Shown here piece after piece: positions 53,519 through 62,098 of a DNA stretch of 64,000 nt (position 1 is the first letter of the stretch; every line of letters starts with the position of its first letter). The position numbers and the translations under genes are program-made. The notes under the pieces were generated by a model. That model did not search any database. It saw only the letters and a list, made by a program, of their open reading frames with translations, and was not told the DNA's origin. The stretch is from Pseudomonadota bacterium. GTDB lineage: Bacteria; Pseudomonadota; Alphaproteobacteria; Rhizobiales; Beijerinckiaceae. The stretch lies in NCBI GenBank assembly GCA_023426505.1, contig JAFAAP010000145.1:3970-67969 (forward strand). Direction: 5' to 3'.

Positions 53519-53923
53519 TCAGATCGGCCAGTAATACGGCGCGCGCCAGTAATCGTGCAGTTCGCGCTCGCGCTCCCGATCCGACCATTCGTAATCGTCG
53601 CGGTCGCGATAGAAGCTCGGCGCACCGCGCAGCTGCTCCTCGGTGATGTCGGTCCGATAGCCGCCGAGACCGGTGTCGTAGGTGAGCTTGCTCCAGGGGA
53701 TGGTGTGCTCTTCCTCACCCATGCCCAGGAAGCCACCGAAGCTCATCACCGCATAGGCGACCTTGCCGCTGATCTTCTCGATCATCAGCCGTTTGATCGA
53801 TCCGAGATGGTTGCCTCGCGGGTCATAGACGGCGGTGCCTTCCACCCGGTCGCTTTCGATCAAGGGCTTGCCCGTCATCGCGCCCTGAGCGCCCGTACGG
53901 GCCGTCGTGTCTGATTGAACCAT
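53519..53923 (-). CDS. PRC-barrel domain protein (general-stress-associated in alphaproteobacteria)
   Basis: GGAGAAAG RBS upstream. ...LIESDRVEGTAVYDPRGNHLGSIKRLMIEKISGKVAYAVMSFGGFLGMGEEEHTIPW is typical of PRC barrels. Confidence 0.8.
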   Translation of the reverse strand: MVQSDTTARTGAQGAMTGKPLIESDRVEGTAVYDPRGNHLGSIKRLMIEKISGKVAYAVMSFGGFLGMGEEEHTIPWSKLTYDTGLGGYRTDITEEQLRGAPSFYRDRDDYEWSDRERERELHDYWRAPYYWPI

Positions 53924-54008
53924 TGCTTTCTCCTCTGCCGAAAGCCCGGCCAGGGTCATACCCAGGAGTCTTGCCCGATCCCGCCCCAGGGACCGGGGTG
54001 ACCGGGCG

Positions 54009-54593
54009 TCAGCGCCGATCAGGCCTGTAGCCCCGTCCGGTCCTCGCATAATCCGGTACGCGCGACCGCCGGTCGCCCGATCCGCCGTGAATGAGCCAGG
54101 CGAGCAGGTAGCCGGCCGCTCCTGCGGCGAGGATCGCGAGCCAGGGACTCTCCGTCACCCGGTCGCTGACGGCATGCCGGCCCTGCCGGTACAGGCGCTC
54201 GGCCTCCGGGTAGCGCTCCGCCGTCTGACGCACGTAGTGCCGGCCCCGGTCGTAGGCGTCGCGAGCCATGCCCGAGACGTTCTCGGCCGCATCCCGCAAC
54301 TTCTCCTGAGCCTGACCGAGCAGATCCTCGGCCGCTCCCTGTCCGCCTGAGGCTTGGCGGCCGCCGGGCTCTATGGGCCGTCCCTGCTGATCATAATCGA
54401 TCGCCGTGCCCTTGGTGACGCTGACCGAGACAGGATCGCTGGTCGGGAAGGTTTCCTCGATCGCGTGGTCGAGCTTGGCGTCGAGATTCTCCTTCGAGTT
54501 CTCGGGCAGATCGTTATCAGGAGGGCAGTTCGCCGACTGACTCGCCGCTTCGCCGGAAGCAGGCTTGCCGGGGGACGAGGGTGCATTGACCAT
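54009..54593 (-). CDS. DUF883/ElaB-YqjD-like tail-anchored stress protein
   Basis: Start trimmed to MVNAPSS (GGGAGA RBS). EETFPTSDP motif. C-terminal ESPWLAILAAGAAGYLLAWLI tail anchor. Confidence 0.65.
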   Translation of the reverse strand: MVNAPSSPGKPASGEAASQSANCPPDNDLPENSKENLDAKLDHAIEETFPTSDPVSVSVTKGTAIDYDQQGRPIEPGGRQASGGQGAAEDLLGQAQEKLRDAAENVSGMARDAYDRGRHYVRQTAERYPEAERLYRQGRHAVSDRVTESPWLAILAAGAAGYLLAWLIHGGSGDRRSRVPDYARTGRGYRPDRR

Positions 54594-54656
54594 TGCGGTT
54601 CTCCCACGGGAAGCCGGCATTACGGGACGACGTCCGGCCTCCTTTTCACCCGAATC

Positions 54657-54681
54657 AACGTCGAGCCGTTGGCCGCGTTCC
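54657..54681 (-). promoter_or_regulatory. EcfG (general stress sigma factor)-type promoter GGAAC-N16-CGTT driving the ElaB-like/PRC-barrel genes
   Basis: The plus strand reads AACG(54657-60)-N16-GTTCC(54677-81), that is, GGAAC-N16-CGTT on the minus strand. It lies about 60 nt upstream of the start at 54593. Confidence 0.55.
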
Positions 54682-54787
54682 GGATCAGGATGGCTGACCG
54701 GTTTCAGCATCGCCGCACCGATGCCGCGCCCCGAACCGGGATCGGGCTCCTCGTCCCCGCCGGCCCATGATGCGCGGCCATGTCACG

Positions 54788-54813
54788 GGAACGGGCGCGG
54801 CCCGGGTTCCGTT
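54788..54813 (+). promoter_or_regulatory. EcfG-type promoter GGAAC-N17-CGTT driving csbD-like gene
   Basis: GGAAC at 54788-54792, a 17-nt spacer, and CGTT at 54810-54813. It lies about 45 nt upstream of the ATG at 54859. Confidence 0.6.
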
Positions 54814-54858
54814 GTCTCCCTGGACGCTTCCACGCGTCCGTTCTCCCAGGAGGGAGCC

Positions 54859-55029
54859 ATGGACAAAGATCGTGCCAAAGGTGCCGCCACCCGCATGGGC
54901 GGCAAGATGAAGCAAGCCGCCGGCGACATGACGGGCGACACCAAGCTGCAGACGGAAGGCAAGATGGATCAGGCCAAGGGCAAGGTCCAGAATGCCATGG
55001 GCAGCGCCAAGGACGCGCTCAAGAAATAG
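54859..55029 (+). CDS. CsbD-family stress protein
   Basis: MDKDRAKGAATRMGGKMKQAAGDMTGDTKLQTEGKMDQAKGKVQNAMGSAKDALKK is a canonical CsbD. Confidence 0.85.
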   Translation: MDKDRAKGAATRMGGKMKQAAGDMTGDTKLQTEGKMDQAKGKVQNAMGSAKDALKK

Positions 55030-55200
55030 GTCCGGCCCGGACCGGATGGCGGCCCCGCCGGATCGTCCGGTGGGGCTGACCCGTAGGGCCCGGAGGGCTT
55101 TCGCCTCTCCCGTGGCGGAAAATGAAACCGCCCCCTCACTTTTCCGACGCAATCGTATTATATGAGCCCTTCGTTCCCTCAAACGAAGGCATGCTTTCCC

Positions 55201-56520
55201 ATGGCGACGGTGCTCGACATCGCCAAGCGCAACCCTCATGCGGCCCCCCTGGCCGTCAGCGATGCCGCGCGCGCAGCCGGCGGCGCGGCGATCGAAAAGA
55301 CCGCCGAGCTGACCGTGGGCGCAGGCGCCGCTCCCGGCGGCGCCTCCCTGGTCGGCCTGACCCGCGGCCAGCTGAAGGACTCGCTCCAGGCCATCGGCGT
55401 GCCGGAGCGCGAGCTCAAGATGCGCGTCGCCCAGCTCTGGCACTGGATCTACTTCCGCGGCGCCCGCGATTTTTCCGAGATGACCAACGTGGGCAAGGGC
55501 CTCAGGGCCAAGCTCGCCGAAGCCTATACGCTCGCCCGCCCCGAGGTCGTGTCCGAGCAGGTCTCGAAGGACGGCACCCGCAAGTGGCTGATCCGCATGC
55601 CCTCCACCGGCCCCTTCGACAAGGGCGCCGAGATCGAGTGCGTCTACATCCCGGAGGTCGACCGCGGCACCCTGTGCGTGTCGAGCCAGGTCGGCTGCAC
55701 GCTGACCTGCTCGTTCTGCCACACCGGCACCCAACGCCTGGTGCGCAACCTGACCTCGGCCGAGATCGTGGCGCAGCTCATCGTCGCCCGCGACATGATC
55801 GGCGACTGGCCGGACGCGACGCCGCCCGAGGGCGCTTTCGTGCCGACGGACGGCGGACGCTTCGTGTCGAACATCGTGTTCATGGGCATGGGCGAGCCGC
55901 TCTACAACCCAGACAACGTGATCGCCGCCATCGACGTCATGTCGGACGGGGAAGGCCTGACCCTGTCCCGCCGCCGCATCACGGTCTCCACCTCCGGCGT
56001 CGTGCCGCAGATGGAGCGGCTCGGCGCGGAAGCCAACACGATGCTGGCCATCTCGCTCCACGCGGTGCGGGACGGCTTGCGCGACGAGCTGGTGCCGATC
56101 AACCGCAAATACGACATCAGCCAACTCCTCGACGCCTGCCGGGCCTATCCCGGCCTGTCGAACGCGCGTCGTATCACCTTCGAGTACGTGATGCTGAAGG
56201 GCGTGAACGACTCGGACGCCGACGCGCGCGAGCTGGTGCGGCTGCTCAAGGGCATTCCGGCCAAGATCAACCTGATCCCGTTCAACCCCTGGCCCGGCTC
56301 GAAATACGAGTGCTCGGACTGGGAGCGGATCGAGCGCTTCTCGGAGATCGTGTTCCGGGCCGGCTACGCCTCCCCCGTGCGCACCCCGCGCGGCCGCGAC
56401 ATCCTGGCGGCCTGCGGACAGCTCAAGAGCGAGACCGAGAAGCTGCGCGCCCGCGCCCGCCTGATGCTGGAACAGGGCATCGGCGCGGAAGGCGTCTACG
56501 CGCTGGGGGACGGGGAGTAG
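55201..56520 (+). CDS. rlmN: Radical SAM 23S rRNA/tRNA (adenine-C2)-methyltransferase RlmN
   Basis: [18 protein letters not shown] (CxxxCxxC), GMGEPLYN, and ...[12 protein letters not shown]... Confidence 0.9.
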   Translation: MATVLDIAKRNPHAAPLAVSDAARAAGGAAIEKTAELTVGAGAAPGGASLVGLTRGQLKDSLQAIGVPERELKMRVAQLWHWIYFRGARDFSEMTNVGKGLRAKLAEAYTLARPEVVSEQVSKDGTRKWLIRMPSTGPFDKGAEIECVYIPEVDRGTLCVSSQVGCTLTCSFCHTGTQRLVRNLTSAEIVAQLIVARDMIGDWPDATPPEGAFVPTDGGRFVSNIVFMGMGEPLYNPDNVIAAIDVMSDGEGLTLSRRRITVSTSGVVPQMERLGAEANTMLAISLHAVRDGLRDELVPINRKYDISQLLDACRAYPGLSNARRITFEYVMLKGVNDSDADARELVRLLKGIPAKINLIPFNPWPGSKYECSDWERIERFSEIVFRAGYASPVRTPRGRDILAACGQLKSETEKLRARARLMLEQGIGAEGVYALGDGE

Positions 56521-56694
56521 GATCCGAACCGGCGAACGCTGCCCCGAACGAGGGGCGGCCGCTTCCTGGGAAAGATATAACGTGATATCGTTCTCCGATG
56601 TCATGTCGGAGACGATCATGCTGCGCACCATAGGGGCGTTCTCGCAGCAAGCCTTGCGGCTCCCTATCTGGCCTCGTTCTTCATCTTCCACCTG

Positions 56695-57063
56695 ATGGTC
56701 GTGTTAGGCGCATCGAGCGGCGCCAATATCGTCTTCGGCGCCCCATCGCTCTTCGACGAGTTCACCGACTCCCTCAAGTTTTTGGTAATCGGCACCCTTG
56801 GCCTTACGGTGTTCGGCCTGCCCATCCTCTTCGCCGCCGGAGCTTTGGCCTTTCTGCTCAATGCCCTCGCCCTCCATGCGAAGCACCACGCCGTTCTGAG
56901 CGGCGCTATCCTGGGCGGCCTGTCTCTCACGCTGCTGTTCGGCGCCGAGCCCGATGATCTGAGAGTCTTTCCTCTCGCGGGCCTGCTCTCCGGCGCCATC
57001 TGCGGCTGGATTTACTGGCGCATTGCGTTGCGTCCGAGGCTGAACGAAGGGATATCCCGATAG
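56695..57063 (+). CDS. Hypothetical small membrane protein
   Basis: 122-aa ORF with 3-4 hydrophobic segments. No RBS and no family, so the start is uncertain. Confidence 0.35.
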   Translation: MVVLGASSGANIVFGAPSLFDEFTDSLKFLVIGTLGLTVFGLPILFAAGALAFLLNALALHAKHHAVLSGAILGGLSLTLLFGAEPDDLRVFPLAGLLSGAICGWIYWRIALRPRLNEGISR

Positions 57064-57196
57064 GGCATTTACGCCTGGAACGCAGGTCAAGCCCCTCCTT
57101 CGGAGCCACGGCGTGTCCCGAATTTCGTGATGGATCGACACCGTGCCGGCCTATCATCGGCCGGGAGACCTCGATCCCTCCTGCCGGAGTCCTCCC

Positions 57197-57436
57197 ATGC
57201 GCGTCCCGACCCTCATGTCCGCCCTCGTCCTGCTCGCGGCCTCGTCCGCCGTCCAGGCGCAGGGGCGGCCCGTGCCGGCCAATCCACAGGTTCCGAAGGC
57301 CGAAGCCAAGAGTGCCTATACGAGCGAGCAGTCGGCCGCCATGGCCGACGCGGCGCGGGAAAAGACCGAGGCGCTGGAGCGGGCCCGGGACAAGCGCATG
57401 AAGACCCTCACGCGGGGCATCTGCAGCGGGTGCTGA
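57197..57436 (+). CDS. Small secreted hypothetical protein ending in CSGC
   Basis: Start trimmed to MRVPTLMSALVLLAASSAVQA (signal peptide). Confidence 0.4.
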   Translation: MRVPTLMSALVLLAASSAVQAQGRPVPANPQVPKAEAKSAYTSEQSAAMADAAREKTEALERARDKRMKTLTRGICSGC

Positions 57437-57451
57437 CGCCGCCTTCCATGA

Positions 57452-57982
57452 TTACGTGATCGCGCGCGGGTCGTCCTTCTGGCCGCCGACGTTGCCGCCG
57501 TCGTGGCAGATGATGCTGATGCGCCCGTCCCCCTCGATGAAGGCTTTCTTGACCCTGGCCGGGTCCTCGATGCCCTGCTGGCGCAGCTGGCTCAGCAGCT
57601 CGTCCTTGGTGATCATCTCCTGGCGCATGTTCCGGCGAAGCAGCTGCCCGTCCTTGATGAGCATGAGCGGCGGCGGGCGCGTGAAGCGCTGGAAGAACGG
57701 GAAGTGGTAGCCTAGCCAGTCGAGGGCGAAGTTCCAGAACACGATGGTGAGCACGAGCAGCGCCCCTTCCGTGATCGACTTGTACTCGGCCGCCATGGCG
57801 TTCTGGGACGCGTCCGCGATGAGCACGATCACGAGCAGGTCGGCGATGCCGATGACGCCCGACTGGCGCTTCAGGAAGAAGCGCAGGATCGCGAACAGCC
57901 CGACATAGGTGATCGTGCCGCGCACGAAGATCTCGAGCAGGGAATGCTCGGGTGTGAAGAGTTGCGCCCAGTCGATCGCCAT
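57452..57982 (-). CDS. DUF421 (YetF-like) membrane protein
   Basis: Start trimmed to MAIDWAQLF.... Three TM segments, then a YetF C-domain pattern LIKDGQLLRRNMRQEMITKDELLSQLRQQGIEDPARVKKAFIEGDGRISI. Confidence 0.8.
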   Translation of the reverse strand: MAIDWAQLFTPEHSLLEIFVRGTITYVGLFAILRFFLKRQSGVIGIADLLVIVLIADASQNAMAAEYKSITEGALLVLTIVFWNFALDWLGYHFPFFQRFTRPPPLMLIKDGQLLRRNMRQEMITKDELLSQLRQQGIEDPARVKKAFIEGDGRISIICHDGGNVGGQKDDPRAIT

Positions 57983-58402
57983 GCCGCCTTCCTTGTTGAA
58001 GCCGTGACGGATGCCGCAGCCTCCCACAGGAATTAGGGCCCGGGCGCCGGAACGCCATTGCGGCCGCGCTTGCCGGTAACGATGCGCTAACCACCCGGGA
58101 AGGTGACGGGGGCGGAGCATGAGCCGTTCCGGCGGCTCGGGCGTTCACTTGGCACAGTATGCGTATGGAGGCGGCCATGACGATCCTCGATCCCAAAACC
58201 GGACAGCTCGTGACCATCGATCTTTCCCCCCGGCCGCGTCCGAAGCCCACGGGATCGCGCCAGGCGGCCGCGTGAGGAGGAGGTCCTGCCGGTCGGCGCG
58301 CTTGTCTCGGGCACCGTTTCATGGAATGGCAATCCAGTTCTGGCGGAAGCCTTCCCGGCTGCCACGGACGACGCCCCTCCGCGACCGGCGCAAGGCACCC
58401 TG

Positions 58403-58888
58403 ATGATCCGCTGGCTTCTGCTCATCCCGTTCGCGCTGCTCATCGCCATCGGCGCCAGCAGCTTCTTCCTGATGGTCGCGTCGATGATCGACCCGGTCAT
58501 GGCGAGTCTGACGGGAGACACGCTCTTCGTCGGGTTCTGGAGCTTCGTCGACGCGGTCTTCTCGGCCGAGGACCCGGAGCCCATCGTGACGGAGGCGTTC
58601 CTGGCGGTCGGGAGGCTGGTCTTCACCCTCCTGGTCCTGCCGCCCCTGCTGGTGGCGATCATCAGCGAGGTTCTGGGGCTTCGCAACGTCGTCTGGTACA
58701 CGGCCGCTATGGGGGTGCTGACGGCCTCCGTGCCGTGGATCCTACGCGGGGCCGCCCGGGTCGGCTCGCCGCTCGAGCTGCATGTGAGCCTCGTGCTCGG
58801 CCTCACGGGCGCGGTGGCGGGCCTGGTCTATTGGGCGATCGCCGGTCAGAGCGCGGGCCGGTCCGCTCAGGCGGTCGAGCGCCCCTGA
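58403..58888 (+). CDS. Hypothetical polytopic membrane protein
   Basis: 161 aa with four clear hydrophobic helices. No family recognised. Confidence 0.45.
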   Translation: MIRWLLLIPFALLIAIGASSFFLMVASMIDPVMASLTGDTLFVGFWSFVDAVFSAEDPEPIVTEAFLAVGRLVFTLLVLPPLLVAIISEVLGLRNVVWYTAAMGVLTASVPWILRGAARVGSPLELHVSLVLGLTGAVAGLVYWAIAGQSAGRSAQAVERP

Positions 58889-58890
58889 AC

Positions 58891-58928
58891 AAAAAAGGCG
58901 GAAGCCCCATGCCCCCATGCGGCTTCCG
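58891..58928 (-). terminator. Rho-independent terminator oriented for minus-strand transcription
   Basis: Stem CGGAAGCC (58899-58906) / GGCTTCCG (58921-58928). On the minus strand it is followed by CC-TTTTTT-GTT. On the plus strand only an upstream A-tract is present. Confidence 0.55.
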
Positions 58929-59279
58929 AAGTTCGGGAGGAACTCTGACTGATTGCCCTAGCCAGCATTGATACTTTGTATCATTCGAGTGAGGGGATCA
59001 ATTCGGCGGGATGGCCGAACGATGGCCTAGACCGTCCGGCCGATGAGCGTGCCGATGTCGCCAGGATCTTGAGCGCGCAGGCCGAGAACAGCGCCAGCTC
59101 GAGGTTCGCCGGATTGATGCCGACGCCCCGGCCGGGAACATCATAAAGTTACCGTCGGGGCAGTGGCCGAACGAGACCCCGGACACCTCCAACGGGCCAG
59201 TGAAATGCGTCTTGTTGAAATGCCGGGCTTGCGCCATTTGTTGGAGCCAGGAAGCGCGAACCGAGTAGAGAGAACGAGA

Positions 59280-59882
59280 ATGGGAATGCTGTCGCCCGCA
59301 CGGATTCGTGCCGCCCTGACGGTCGTGGTCCTGGCCCTGGGGCTTTCCGCCTGCGGGATCAACAACGTCCCGACCTACGAGGAGCGGGCGAAATCCGCCT
59401 GGAGCGAGGTACAGAATCAGTACCAGCGCCGCGCCGACCTCATCCCGAACCTGGTCGAGACCGTGAAGGGCTTCGCCCAGCAGGAGCGCGAGGTGCTGAC
59501 CCAGGTGACGGAGGCCCGCGCCAAGGCGACCCAGATCCAGGTCGACGCCTCGACCGTGACCGACCCCGAGAAGTTCCGCCAGTTCCAGGAGGCGCAGAAC
59601 CAGCTTTCCGGAGCGCTCGGCCGCCTGCTCGCGACGGTCGAGCGGTATCCCGAGCTAAAGTCGAACGCCAACTTCCTGGCCCTGCAGTCCCAGCTCGAAG
59701 GCACCGAGAACCGCATCGCGGTCGCCCGGCGCGACTACATCGAGGCGGTGCGGGTCTACAACACCGAGCTGCGCACCATCCCCGGCCGCTGGATCGCCTC
59801 CATCGTGTATCCCGACGCGAAGCCGATGGAGACCTTCGCGGCGACAGCCGGATCGGACCGCCCGCCGCAGGTGCAATTCTGA
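59280..59882 (+). CDS. lemA: LemA-family protein
   Basis: ...SACGINNVPTYEERAKSAWSEVQNQYQRRADLIPNLVETVKGFAQQEREVL...RYPELKSN is a canonical LemA. Confidence 0.9.
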   Translation: MGMLSPARIRAALTVVVLALGLSACGINNVPTYEERAKSAWSEVQNQYQRRADLIPNLVETVKGFAQQEREVLTQVTEARAKATQIQVDASTVTDPEKFRQFQEAQNQLSGALGRLLATVERYPELKSNANFLALQSQLEGTENRIAVARRDYIEAVRVYNTELRTIPGRWIASIVYPDAKPMETFAATAGSDRPPQVQF

Positions 59883-60022
59883 GGATCCCTCGCCGATGTC
59901 AGCCTGCCCTTCACCTCTCCCGTGGGGAGAGGTGGGGAACGGCGCTCCTCGCCCTGCTGCTTCTCGTCCTCCTCCCCGTCGCAGCCCTCGCCCAGTCCTT
60001 CCCGCCCCTCACCGGCCGCGTC

Positions 60023-60700
60023 GTGGATGCGGCGGGCCTGCTGACGCCGGACGAGCGCGCGGCGCTCGACGCGAAGCTCAAGGCGCACGAGGACAAGACC
60101 ACCGACCAGGTGGTGGTCGCGACCGTGCGGTCCCTCGACGGGCTGACCATCGAGGATTACGGCAACCGCCTGTTCCGGCAGTGGAAGCTCGGCCAGGCCG
60201 ACAAGAACAACGGCGCCCTCCTGCTCGTCGCCCCGAACGAGCGCAAGGTGCGCATCGAGGTCGGCTACGGGCTCGAAGGCGCGCTCACCGACGCCCTGTC
60301 CAAGGTGATCATCACCACGGCGGTCGCGCCGCAGTTCCAGAAGGGCAATTTCGCCGGCGGCATCGACGCGGGCGTCGACGCCATGCTGTCGATCCTGACC
60401 GGCGACGCCGAGGAATGGCACCGCCGGGCGAAAGTCCGCGAGGACGAGACCAGCGCCATCGATCCCGTGGTGGCCTTCGTCATCATGCTGATCCTGTTCA
60501 TAGTGATCTCGCGCATGATGAGCGGCGGCGGCCCGCGCGGCGCCAGGCGGGTGCGGCGGGGCGGCCCCTGGATCTTCCCCACAGGCGGAGGCTGGGGCGG
60601 CGGATGGTCGGGCGGATCGGGCGGAGGCGGCTTTTCCGGCGGCGGCTTCTCGGGAGGAGGCGGGTCGTCCGGCGGCGGCGGCGCCTCGGGGAGCTGGTAG
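60023..60700 (+). CDS. TPM-domain (YgcG-like) protein with Gly-rich C-terminal tail; true 5' end unresolved
   Basis: LTGRVVDAAGLLTPDERAALDAKL...DQVVVATVRSLDG...NNGALLLVAPNERKVRIEVGYGLEG. The coordinates are the minimal track ORF (GTG start). In-frame signal-peptide-like codons (ALLALLLLVLLPVAALAQ) extend upstream to about 59939 without a canonical start (see findings). Confidence 0.75.
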   Translation: MDAAGLLTPDERAALDAKLKAHEDKTTDQVVVATVRSLDGLTIEDYGNRLFRQWKLGQADKNNGALLLVAPNERKVRIEVGYGLEGALTDALSKVIITTAVAPQFQKGNFAGGIDAGVDAMLSILTGDAEEWHRRAKVREDETSAIDPVVAFVIMLILFIVISRMMSGGGPRGARRVRRGGPWIFPTGGGWGGGWSGGSGGGGFSGGGFSGGGGSSGGGGASGSW

Positions 60701-60701
60701 G

Positions 60702-61310
60702 ATGATCTCTGCAGAGGATCACGGGCGGCTGGAAAGCGCCATCCGGGACGTGGAGGACCAGAGCGCGGGCGAGCTCGTGGTGGTGGTGGCCGGGCAGGCC
60801 AACCACTACCGGTCCGTTCCGCTTCTCTGGGCGCTGCTGGCCGCCCTCGCGGTGCCTTGGCCGCTGATCTGGTTCACCGACCTTCCGCCCGCGCGCATCT
60901 TCCAGGCGCAGCTGCTGGCGGCGCTGGCGTTCGCCCTGCTCCTGTCCTGGCCGGCCCTGCGCTTCGCCCTGGTGCCGGCGGCCGTGAAGCGCGCCCAGGT
61001 CCACGAGGCCGCGGCGCGGGAGTTCTTGAGCCGTGGGCTCACCCGCACCCGGGACAAGACCGGCATCCTGATCTACGTGGCGCTGGCCGAGCACCACGCG
61101 GAGATCCTGGCCGATTCGGGGATCGCGGACCGGGTCGGGCCGGAGGTCTGGCACGACATCATCGCGAAGCTCACGGGCGAGATCCGGGAAGGTCGGCTGG
61201 CCGACGGGCTCGTGACCGCCATCGGGGAAGCGGGCGCCATCATGGCCCGGCACGCACCCGCGCGCTTCGACGACACCGACGAGCTGCCGAACCGGGTGAT
61301 CCTGCTGTGA
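60702..61310 (+). CDS. TPM-domain protein (second gene of the LemA-TPM-TPM operon)
   Basis: ...SAGELVVVVAG... with two TM segments, and ...TRDKTGILIYVALAEHHAEILADSGI.... Confidence 0.8.
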   Translation: MISAEDHGRLESAIRDVEDQSAGELVVVVAGQANHYRSVPLLWALLAALAVPWPLIWFTDLPPARIFQAQLLAALAFALLLSWPALRFALVPAAVKRAQVHEAAAREFLSRGLTRTRDKTGILIYVALAEHHAEILADSGIADRVGPEVWHDIIAKLTGEIREGRLADGLVTAIGEAGAIMARHAPARFDDTDELPNRVILL

Positions 61311-61317
61311 AGGCGGG

Positions 61318-62070
61318 TTACCGGAGGCTCGCGCTCCGGGCGGCTCCGAGGATCACGCCCGGCCGGGACTCGTCGGACGTCTGGAGGAGCACCACGTAGC
61401 CGTCGGCGCCGCCGCGGGCGGCCTCCAGGGGCACCTCGAACCGGGCCGATCCGCCCCGCCATTCGCCGACGCGCTTCAGGCCGCGCACCACGTTGGCGTA
61501 GGTGACCGTCTTGCCCCGGTTCTCGCCGCGCTCGATCGGCACCGTGTGCTCGCGCAGGACCGGCAGCACCCAGACATCGGCGGCGCGCATGTCGGCCATG
61601 TCGGTCTCGCGGACATTGATCACGACGCTGCCGTCGTTCTCGTCGAGGTTCACGTCGAGCGGCAGCTTCGCCTGGGTGCCGGTGGCATCGCGGATCGAGG
61701 CCTCGACCCGGGTCCGGTCGGACCCGATGCAGGGCTTGGTGCCGTTGATGATCATCTGGGGCGTGTAGACCTGCCGGTCGCTGCGGGCATGCGCGTAGGC
61801 CTTCTGGCGCTCCGTGAAGGACTTATGCGCCAGGGTGTCCTTCCAGCCGAGATAGTCCCAGTAGTTCACCGGGAACGACAGGGCGACGATGTCCGGCTCG
61901 CGGGCGAGCTCCGCCAGGACCGCATCGGCCGGCGGGCAGGAGGAGCAGCCCTGGCTCGTGAAGAGCTCGACGACCGCACGGGGCGGATCGGCCTGGGCCG
62001 GCTGCAGAAACGCAGCGAAGAGGACGGCCGCAGAGAACAGTTTCGATCGTGACACCATGATGCCTGCCAT
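61318..62070 (-). CDS. DUF1223 thioredoxin-fold secreted protein
   Basis: A signal peptide, then VVELFTSQGCSSCPPAD, the hallmark of DUF1223. Confidence 0.8.
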   Translation of the reverse strand: MAGIMVSRSKLFSAAVLFAAFLQPAQADPPRAVVELFTSQGCSSCPPADAVLAELAREPDIVALSFPVNYWDYLGWKDTLAHKSFTERQKAYAHARSDRQVYTPQMIINGTKPCIGSDRTRVEASIRDATGTQAKLPLDVNLDENDGSVVINVRETDMADMRAADVWVLPVLREHTVPIERGENRGKTVTYANVVRGLKRVGEWRGGSARFEVPLEAARGGADGYVVLLQTSDESRPGVILGAARSASLR

Positions 62071-62098
62071 CGAACACGAAACCGGCCTCGAGGGAAAC

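Noticed and set aside
56569-56592. Possible third EcfG-type promoter GGAAA-N15-CGTT upstream of the 56695 ORF
   Set aside because: The -35 element is imperfect (GGAAA) and the spacer is 15 nt rather than 16-17, which is too weak to call.
60540-60700. Repetitive GGC/GGA-rich DNA at the end of the TPM gene as a tandem repeat or CRISPR-like array
   Set aside because: It encodes an in-frame Gly/Ser/Trp-rich tail (GGGWGGGWSGGSGGGGFSGGGFSGGGG) common in TPM/YgcG proteins. It is low-complexity coding sequence with no spacer-repeat structure.
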